A stretch of 64,000 nt of DNA from Callorhinchus milii (lineage: Eukaryota): the NCBI RefSeq assembly GCF_018977255.1, contig NW_024704742.1, forward strand, positions 39,124,001 through 39,188,000. The letters are read 5' to 3'. Below the pieces are notes generated by a model. The model was not told the origin of the DNA, searched no databases, and worked only from the letters and a program-made list of their open reading frames with translations. The position numbers and the translations under genes were made by a program. Shown piece after piece: positions 55,651-64,000 of this stretch. Numbering within the stretch: the first letter of the stretch is position 1; the number at the start of each line of letters is the position of its first letter.

Positions 55651-55951
55651 CTGCAGAGATGAAGAGGAATGAAGAGCTGACTTACTTCACCATCTTCTCG
55701 TCTTCGTCTCAGTTTCACAATGTGATTTCTCCAAATGCCCAGACTTCATCTTTTATATTTCTTCAGCTGAATATCTCTTCATCCTTTTCAATTCATTTTG
55801 GATAGGGTGATGTTGTTGCCCTTGGTTGACTTCAATATAGTTGACCAGTTATAAGTTATGATGTCTTTTGTTTGGGTGATAATGACTCCCTTTGTTACCT
55901 GGGGTTCAGGTGACCTTTCTAATATGTTCACTTTCGAGTAAGAACTAAATA
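55651..55951 (-). promoter_or_regulatory. Promoter module copy 23
   Basis: TATA 55750-55757. Confidence 0.7.
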
Positions 55952-58394
55952 TGCCTTTGTGTCTCCAATCTACAACAGTTCCGTGGGCTCCTCCAACAAA
56001 GGATGACTTTGGGAAGGAAGGGTCAGGTAAATGTCGCCCAAACAAGGTAGCACTTATTAAAAAACACATAGAAAATGCTGTTATTCAGGTGACATTTGCC
56101 TTTAATCTACGGCAGATGGCCGGAACCAGACATGGCCATCTACAAGAAACTAAATGAAGATTCGATCGGGTAGACGTTGCCCAAACAATTAGCACTTAGC
56201 AGAAACATGCACATGAAAATGCTACTGTTCGGGTGATATGTGCCTTTAGTGTTCAAAACCTTGATGTCCTCCATCAAATCATCAGAGACGGAATCCAGAT
56301 TTGGTCAGGTAAATGTTGCCCAAACAAGGTAGCACTTACCAAAAACGACACAGAAAATGCTGCTGTTTAGGTGACATGTCCCTTCAATCTACAGCAATTC
56401 CAAATCACCAGTCGTGGCCTCCTACAACAAACTGAACGGAGGTTCCTTCAGGTAAACATCGCCAAAACAAGTAGCACTTACCAGAAAATTACTCAGCAAA
56501 ATGCTACTGTTTGGGTGATATGTCCATTTACTGCACAATACCTTGATGGCATAAGTCGAGGTATTCTCCCCCAATCTTTCACAGTAGGAAAGAAGTTTCG
56601 GTCAGGTAAATGTCGCCAAAACAAGGTAGCACTTATTAAAAAACACATAGAAAATGCTCCTGCTGAGGTGACATGTGCTTTAGTGTTCAAAACCTTGATG
56701 TCCTCCACCAAATCATCAGAGACGGAATCTAGATTTGTTCAGGTAAATGTCGCCCAAACAAGGTAGCACTTACCAAAAAACACATAGAAAATGCTACTGT
56801 TGAGGTGACATGTGCCTTTAATCTACGGCAGTTTCCCGGAACCTGACATGGCTTCCTACAACCACACTGAAGGAAGGTTCGGTCAGGAAAACGTTGCCCA
56901 AACAGGTAGCACTTATCTGAAAAATACACAGGAAAATGCTACTGTTTGGGTTACATGTGCCTCTGCTGTCCTATACCCGGATGGAATCAAATGTGGTCTC
57001 CTTCACCTTACCGTCACAGTTGGAAAGAAGGTTTGGTCAGGTAAATGTCGCCCAAACAAGGTAGCACTTACCAAAAAACACATAGAAAATGCTACTGTTG
57101 AGGTGACATGTGCCTTTAATCTACGGCAGTTTCCCGGAACCTGACATGGCTTCCTACAACCACACTGAAGGAAGGTTCGGTCAGGAAAACGTTGCCCAAA
57201 CAGGTAGCACTTATCTGAAAAATACACAGGAAAATGCTACTGTTTGGGTTACATGTGCCTCTGCTGTCCTATACCCGGATGGAATCAAATGTGGTCTCCT
57301 TCACCTTACCGTCACAGTTGGAAAGAAGGTTTGTTCAGGTAAATGTCGCCCAAACAAGGTAGCACTTACCAAAAAACACATAGAAAATGCTACTGTTTAG
57401 GTCACATGTGCCACTAATCTACGGCAGTTCCCCGGAACCTGACATGGCTTCCTACAACCACACTGAAGGAAGGTTCGGTCAGGAAAACGTTGCCCAAACA
57501 GTTAGCACTTACCGGAAAACAAACAGAAAATGCTGCTGTTTAGGTGACATGTCCCTTCAATCTACAGCAATTCCAAATCACCAGTCGTGGCCTCCTACAA
57601 CAAACTGAATGGAGGTTCCTTCAGGTAAACATCGCCAAAACAAGTAGCACTTACCAGAAAATTACTCAGCAAAATGCTATTGTTTGGGTGATATGTCCAT
57701 TTACTGCACAATACCTTGATGGCATAAGTCGAGGTATTCTCCCCCAATCTTTCACAGTAGGAAAGAAGTTTCGGTCAGGTAAGCATCGCCAAAACAAGTT
57801 GCACTTACCAGAAAATTACTCAGCAAAATGCCACTGTTTGGGTGATATGTCCATTTACTGCACAATACCTTGATGGCATAAGTCAAGGTATTCTCCCCCA
57901 ATCTTTCACAGTAGGAAAGAAGTTTCGGTCAGGTAAATGTCGCCAAAACAAGGTAGCACTTATTAAAAAACACATAGAAAATGCTCCTGCTGAGGTGACA
58001 TGTGCTTCAGTGTTCAAAACCTTGATGTCCTCCACCAAATCATCAGAGACGGAATCCAGATTTGTTCAGGTAAATGTCGCCCAAACAAAGTAGCACTTGC
58101 CAAAAAACACATAGAAAATGCTACTGTTTAGGTCACATGTGCCACTAATCTACGGCAGTTCCCTGAAACCAGACATGGCCTCCTGCAACAAGCTGAATGA
58201 AGGTTCGGTCAGGTAAACATTGCCCAAACCAGTAGCACTTAGCAGAAAAATACACAGAAAATGCTACTGTTTGGGTGATATGTGCCTTTACTTTCCAACT
58301 CCTGGATGGAATCCAATGTGTTCCCCTTCAACAAACCAGCACAGGAGAAAAGGTGTTTCAGTCAGGCAAATGTCATCCAAACTAGATAGCAATC

Positions 58395-58695
58395 CTGCAG
58401 AGATGAGGAGGAATGAAGAGCTGACTTACTTTACCATCTTCTCGTCTTCGTCTCAGTTTCACAATGTGATTTCTCCAAATGCCCAGACTTCATCTTTTAT
58501 ATTTCTTCAGCTGAATATCTCTTCATCCTTTTCAATTCATTTTGGATAGGGTGATGTTGTTGCCCTTGGTTGACTTCAATATAGTTGACCAGTTATAAGT
58601 TATGATGTCTTTTGTTTGGGTGATAATGACTCCCTTTGTTACCTGGGGTTCAGGTGACCTTTCTAATATGTTCACTTTCGAGTAAGAACTAAATA
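58395..58695 (-). promoter_or_regulatory. Promoter module copy 24
   Basis: TATA 58494-58501. Confidence 0.7.
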
Positions 58696-60687
58696 TGCCT
58701 TTGTGTCTCCAATCTACAACAGTTCCGTGGGCTCCTCCAACAAAGGATGACTTTGGGAAGGAAGGGTCAGGTAAATGTCGCCCAAACAAGGTAGCACTTA
58801 TTAAAAAACACATAGAAAATGCTGCTATTCAGGAGACATTTGCCTTTAATCTACGGCAGATGGCCGGAACCAGACATGGCCATCTACAAGAAACTAAATG
58901 AAGATTCGATCGGGTAGACGTTACCCAAACAATTAGCACTGAGCAGAAACATGCACATGAAAATGCTACTGTTCGGGTGATATGTGCCTTTAGTGTTCAA
59001 AACCTTGATATCCTCCATCAAATCATCAGACGGAATCCAGATTTGGTCAGGTAAATGTTGCCCAAACAAGGTAGCACTTACCAAAAACGACACAGAAAAT
59101 GCTGCTGTTTAGGTGACATGTCCCTTCAATCTACAGCAATTCCAAATCACCAGTCGTGGCCTCCTACAACAAACTGAACGGAGGTTCCTTCAGGTAAACA
59201 TCGCCAAAACAAGTAGCACTTACCAGAAAATTACTCAGCAAAATGCTACTGTTTGGGTGATATGTCCATTTACTGCACAATACCTTGATGGCATAAGTCG
59301 AGGTATTCTCCCCCAATCTTTCACAGTAGGAAAGAAGTTTCGGTCAGGTAAATGTCGCCAAAACAAGGTAGCACTTATTAAAAAACACATAGAAAATGCT
59401 CCTGCTGAGGTGACATGTGCTTTAGTGTTCAAAACCTTGATGTCCTCCACCAAATCATCAGAGACGGAATCTAGATTTGTTCAGGTAAATGTCGCCCAAA
59501 CAAGGTAGCACTTACCAAAAAACACATAGAAAATGCTACTGTTGAGGTGACATGTGCCTTTAATCTACGGCAGTTTCCCGGAACCTGACATGGCTTCCTA
59601 CAACCACACTGAAGGAAGGTTCGGTCAGGAAAACGTTGCCCAAACAGGTAGCACTTATCTGAAAAATACACAGGAAAATGCTACTGTTTGGGTTACATGT
59701 GCCTCTGCTGTCCTATACCCGGATGGAATCAAATGTGGTCTCCTTCACCTTACCGTCACAGTTGGAAAGAAGGTTTGGTCAGGTAAATGTCGCCCAAACA
59801 AGGTAGCACTTACCAAAAAATACATAATAGAAAATGCTCCTGTTCAGTTGACATTTGCCTTTAATCTACAGCAGTTCGCCGGAAGCAGACATGGCCTCCT
59901 GCAACAAATTAACTGAAGGTTTGGTCAGGAAAACGTTGCCCAAACAGTTAGCACTTACCAGAAAACAAACAGAAAATGCTGCTGTTTAGGTGACATGTCC
60001 CTTCAATCTACAGCAATTCCAAATCACCAGTCGTGGCCTCCTACAACAAACTGAACGGAGGTTCCTTCAGGTAAACATCGCCAAAACAAGTAGCACTTAC
60101 CAGAAAATTACTCAGCAAAATGCTACTGTTTGGGTGATATGTCCATTTACTGTACAATACCTTGATGGCATAAGTCGAGGTATTCTCCTCCAATCTTTCA
60201 CAGTAGGAAAGAAGTTTCGGTCTGGTAAATGTCGCCAAAACAGGGTAGCACTTACTAAAAAACACATAGAAAATGCTCCTGCTGAGGTGACATGTGCTTT
60301 AGTGTTCAAAACCTTGATGTCCTCCACCAAATCATCAGAGACGGAATCTAGATTTGTTCAGGTAAATGTCGCCCAAACAAGGTAGCACTTACCAAAAAAC
60401 ACATAGAAAATGCTACTGTTTATGTCACATGTGCCACTAATCTACGGCAGTTCCCTGAAACCAGACATGGCCTCCTGCAACAAGCTGAATGAAGGTTCGG
60501 TCAGGTAAACATTGCCCAAACCAGTAGCACTTAGCAGAAAAATACACAGGAAAATGCTACTGTTTGGGGGATATGTGCCTTTACTTTCCAACTCCTGGAT
60601 GGAATCCAATGTGTTCCCCTTCAACAAACCAGCACAGGAGAAAAGGCGTTTCAGTCAGGCAAATGTCATCCAAACTAGATAGCAATC

Positions 60688-60988
60688 CTGCAGAGATGAA
60701 GAGGAATGAAGAGCTGACTTACTTCACCATCTTCTCGTCTTCGTCTCAGTTTCACAATGTGATTTCTCCAAATGCCCAGACTTCATCTTTTATATTTCTT
60801 CAGCTGAATATCTCTTCATCCTTTTCAATTCATTTTGGATAGGGTGATGTTGTTGCCCTTGGTTGACTTCAATATAGTTGACCAGTTATAAGTTATGATG
60901 TCTTTTGTTTGGGTGATAATGACTCCCTTTGTTACCTGGGGTTCAGGTGACCTTTCTAATATGTTCACTTTCGAGTAAGAACTAAATA
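60688..60988 (-). promoter_or_regulatory. Promoter module copy 25
   Basis: TATA 60787-60794. Confidence 0.7.
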
Positions 60989-62220
60989 TGCCTTTGTGTC
61001 TCCAATCTACAACAGTTCCGTGGGCTCCTCCAACAAAGGATGACTTTGGGAAGGAAGGGTCAGGTAAATGTCGCCCAAACAAGGTAGCACTTATTAAAAA
61101 ACACATAGAAAATGCTGTTATTCAGGTGACATTTGCCTTTAATCTACGGCAGATGGCCGGAACCAGACATGGCCATCTACAAGAAACTAAATGAAGATTC
61201 GATCGGGTAGACGTTGCCCAAACAATTAGCACTTAGCAGAAACATGCACATGAAAATGCTACTGTTCGGGTGATATGTGCCTTTAGTGTTCAAAACCTTG
61301 ATGTCCTCCACCAAATCATCAGAGACGGAATCTAGATTTGTTCAGGTAAATGTCGCCCAAACAGGTAGCACTTATCTGAAAAATACACAGGAAAATGCTT
61401 CTGTTTGGGTCACATGTGCCTCTGCTGTCCTATACCCGGATGGAATCAAATGTGGTCTCCTTCACCTTACCGTCACAGTTGGAAAGAAGGTTTGGTCAGG
61501 TAAATGTCGCCCAAACAAGGTAGCACTTACCAAAAAACACATAATAGAAAATGCTCCTGTTCAGTTGACATTTGCCTTTAATCTACAGCTGTTCGCCGGA
61601 AGCAGACATGGCCTCCTGCAACAAATTAACTGAAGGTTTGGTCAGGAAAACGTTGCCCAAACAGTTAGCACTTACCAGAAAACAAACAGAAAATGCTGCT
61701 GTTTAGGTGACATGTCCCTTCAATCTACAGCAATTCCAAATCACCAGTCGTGGCCTCCTACAACAAACTGAACGGAGGTTCCTTCAGGTAAACATCGCCA
61801 AAACAAGTAGCACTTACCAGAAAATTACTCAGCAAAATGCTACTGTTTGGGTGATATGTCCATTTACTGTACAATACCTTGATGGCATAAGTCGAGGTAT
61901 TCTCCTCCAATCTTTCACAGTAGGAAAGAAGTTTCGGTCTGGTAAATGTCGCCAAAACAGGGTAGCACTTACTAAAAAACACATAGAAAATGCTCCTGCT
62001 GAGGTGACATGTGCTTTAGTGTTCAAAACCTTGATGTCCTCCACCAAATCATCAGAGACGGAATCTAGATTTGTTCAGGTAAATGTCGCCCAAACAAGGT
62101 AGCACTTGCCAAAAAACACATAGAAAATGCTACTGTTTAGGTCACATGTGCCACTAATCTACGGCAGTTCCCTGAAACCAGACATGGCCTCCTGCAACAA
62201 GCTGAATGAAGGTTCGGTCA

Positions 62221-62296
62221 GGTAAACATTGCCCAAACCAGTAGCACTTAGCAGAAAAATACACAGGAAAATACTACTGTTTGGGTGATATTTGCC
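62221..62296 (-). ncRNA. mir430: Rightmost (5'-most) hairpin of the cluster; predicted 3p UAAGUGCUACUGGUUUGGGCAA (62229-62250)
   Basis: Last monomer before the terminal promoter module; it has a few private substitutions in the 5' arm. Confidence 0.82.
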
Positions 62297-62404
62297 TTTG
62301 CTTTCCAACTCCTGGATGGAATCCAATGTGTTCCCCTTCAACAAACCAACACAGAAGAAAAGGCGTTTCAGTCAGGCAAATGTCATCCAAACTAGATAGC
62401 AATC

Positions 62405-62705
62405 CTGCAGAGATGAGGAGGAATGAAGAGCTGACTTACTTCACCATCTTCTCGTCTTCGTCTCAGTTTCACAATGTGATTTCTCCAAATGCCCAGACTT
62501 CATCTTTTATATTTCTTCAGCTGAATATCTCTTCATCCTTTTCAATTCATTTTGGATAGGGTGATGTTTTTGTTCTTGGTTGACTTGAATATAGTTAACC
62601 AGTTATAAGTGATGGTGTCTTTTGTTTGAGTGATAATCACTCCCTTTGTTACTTGGGGTTCAGGTGACCTTTCTAATATGTTCACTTTGAATTAAGAACT
62701 AAATA
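62405..62705 (-). promoter_or_regulatory. Terminal (5'-most, probable founder) promoter module, copy 26
   Basis: TATAAAAG 62511-62504 and donor GTAAGT 62439-62434. It is contiguous with single-copy upstream DNA, and its upstream half is diverged from the internal copies. Confidence 0.75.
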
Positions 62706-62883
62706 GTTCTTCATCTGGATGTCTCTTCATTCTTCTCAATTCTTTTTGGATTAAGTGATAATGTTGCCCTTTGTTGACCAGGTGTATGATATGTTGTGTT
62801 TTGTAAAGGCAGATTGTGACTTTCTTTGTTACCTGGGGTTGAGATGACCTGTCTCATATACTCTTTTGGATTAAGCAACTGAA
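62514..62883. repeat. Old diverged tandem duplication (~190 bp unit) of the promoter-upstream block
   Basis: 62708.. TCTTCATCTGGATGTCTCTTCATTCTTCTCAATTCTTTTTGGAT aligns to 62514.. TCTTCAGCTGAATATCTCTTCATCCTTTTCAATTCATTTTGGAT. CTTTGTTACCTGGGGTTGAGATGACCT aligns to CTTTGTTACTTGGGGTTCAGGTGACCT. Confidence 0.85.
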
Positions 62884-63321
62884 GAAAATCAAGTGACATC
62901 TTAGATCTTAAAATTTAAATGTAATGTTTATCTTCTGAAATAAAATGAAATTGTTTGAGCAGCGAGAAGTAGAAATCGATAAATGTCACCTGAGCACCTT
63001 AATATTTATTATGCTAAAATCAACCAAATGAATTGAGTAACGGTGTGATTTTGGATTGTTCTTTGCAAGTAGATTGAGAAACTGATGAGCCTCCAAATTT
63101 AGATCCATAGTCCCTGAAGATAATTAGAAACTTTGTGGAGACTTACGTTGGAATGAGTCTGATACAATGTGTGGCACTGTAACACTATTGCACTAGTTTG
63201 GACCTGAAAATATTAATGTTCAGTTTCTTTGCTGTGTTTCTGTGCAATCTGGGGGTTTGCTTTCCTCCCTTTTCAATTCGTTTTCAGATTATTACATTGA
63301 TTATTAATTTCAACTCTGAAG

Positions 63322-63359
63322 GAGAAGCATATCTCTCCTGAACGGGAGATATGCTTCTC
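63322..63359. repeat. Perfect 14-bp inverted repeat with 10-nt spacer
   Basis: GAGAAGCATATCTC (63322-63335) / GAGATATGCTTCTC (63346-63359). Confidence 0.9.
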
Positions 63360-63634
63360 TTTGAAATTGCAACATCCCTTTGGAAATGCAACCAGAAGTC
63401 TGGAGACATTGTTTCATTAATATTCCTTTACCGAGGATACTCATCACCCATAGTGTCTGAATTTAAAAAATACATTATAATCATAATTAAAATTTCAATA
63501 AGGAATGCATCTTGCCTTCACAGCACTGAATAATTTACATTACTTCTTGCTGGTCTTAACAAATGTTATCGAAACCTAGACAAGATACTGAGAGTCATCA
63601 ATATAAGCAAGTCATGTTAAAAACAAACAACAAT

Positions 63635-63926
63635 TTTTGGATGAGATGTTCGTCTGAGGTCCCCTCCGTTTGTTCAGTTGGCTGTTTTCTCATGGCTATT
63701 TTCGAAAAGAGAAGGGAGTTTCTCCCAGTGTTCTGGTCAACAATCCACCAAACATAATTGGCCATTTGTTTGATGGCTGTATGAAGGGCATTGCTGTGCG
63801 CAATTGTACTACTGCCATTGCCTACAAATGCACGGTCACTCCATTTCACTGTAATTCCTGTGAAGCGCTTTGAGACATCCTTCTGATATAAGGCGCTATG
63901 CCAAATGCAAGGATTATTATTATTAT
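63635..63926 (+). mobile_element. 5'-truncated, diverged DeuSINE-like SINE (AmnSINE1/LmeSINE1/SacSINE1 superfamily) with L2-type tail
   Basis: Resembles the Deu domain (GGATGAGATGTT..TGAGGTCCC...CATGGCTATTTTCGAAAAGAGAAGGGAGTTTCTCCCAGTGTTCTGGTCAA) and the L2-derived 3' end (TGTGAAGCGCTTTGAGAC...AAGGCGCTAT..AAATGCAAG) followed by (ATT)n. Recognised from memory of the consensus, not by a search. Confidence 0.7.
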
Positions 63927-64000
63927 CCGTGAGTTTTGTGTTACTTATACTGATTGAAAAATCGTAAACATCCACACGCATTACTTTTTCAGTGAGACTT

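Larger units (their letters stand above)
50..62296 (-). ncRNA. mir430: miR-430/427/302-family polycistronic miRNA mega-cluster (~355 pre-miRNA hairpins; continues beyond left edge)
   Basis: Each ~140/158-bp monomer holds a ~75-nt minus-strand fold-back, e.g. GGCACATGTGACCTAAACAGTAGCATTTTCTATGTGTTTTTTGGTAAGTGCTACCTTGTTTGGGCGACATTTACC. CCTAAACA pairs with TGTTTGGG and GTAGCATTT with AAGTGCTAC. There is a basal stem, and many copies have an apical UGUG. The 3' arm starts UAAGUGCU (miR-430/302 seed) and ends UUUGGGCG, like Xenopus miR-427. I counted 10 hairpins in an 1861-bp unit and 13 in a 2295-bp unit, then extrapolated. Confidence 0.93.
1..62705. repeat. Nested tandem array: ~140/158-bp monomers within 1.7-4.1-kb higher-order units
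   Basis: A marker in the non-hairpin module recurs at 514, 2375, 4514, 6389, 10460, 12338, 15949, 17827, 21468, 24780, 27075, 29370, 31664, 33677, 35972, 38419, 40432, 42445, 45190, 48648, 50749, 53493, 55788, 58532, 60825 and 62542. Confidence 0.98.

Noticed and set aside
1..62300. CRISPR-like repeat/spacer layout
   Set aside because: The repeats are ~75 bp and polymorphic, the spacers are a few related types reused many times, there are no cas genes, and the context is vertebrate.
1..62300. Plain centromeric or satellite DNA
   Set aside because: This does not explain the strand-specific hairpins, the fixed miRNA seed or the oriented TATA modules.
131..62559. Hundreds of 60-228-aa ORFs on both strands (e.g. 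46212-46898)
   Set aside because: They recur with the repeat. Monomer lengths (140/158) are not multiples of 3, stops and frameshifts vary freely between copies, and no domain is recognisable. Conservation tracks the hairpin and seed rather than codons.
63080..63140. Hammerhead-like cores CTGATGAG and CTGAAGA..GAAAC
   Set aside because: I could not build stems I and III or a properly placed NUH cleavage triplet.
62711..63981. ORFs in the unique flank (62711-62899, 63351-63533, 63598-63981 etc.)
   Set aside because: They are short, have no recognisable homology, and overlap the promoter duplicate or the SINE.

Overview
This is vertebrate (eukaryotic) DNA with no credible protein-coding gene. 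Bases 1 to ~62,300 are a minus-strand tandem array of roughly 355 pre-miRNA-like hairpins, one every ~140 or ~158 bp (the count is estimated from unit lengths, not counted one by one). Their 3' arms read UAAGUGCUA..UGUUUGGGC. with seed AAGUGCU, which defines the miR-430/miR-427/miR-302 family that clears maternal mRNA at zygotic genome activation. The array runs off the left edge of the window. It is interrupted 26 times by a ~300-bp non-hairpin module that, on the same strand, carries Sox-like sites, a nuclear-receptor-like inverted repeat, TATAAAAG, an Inr-like TCACATT and a GTAAGT splice donor. The locus therefore looks like a chain of promoter + 9-25 hairpin transcription units of 1.7-4.1 kb, arranged in nested higher-order repeats. 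The rightmost module (62,405-62,705) looks like the founder promoter. It continues into single-copy flank that holds a diverged duplicate of the upstream block, a 14-bp inverted repeat and a 5'-truncated DeuSINE-like element. Several seed-mutant hairpin sub-lineages have been amplified locally. All ORFs in the supplied track appear to be by-products of the repeat.
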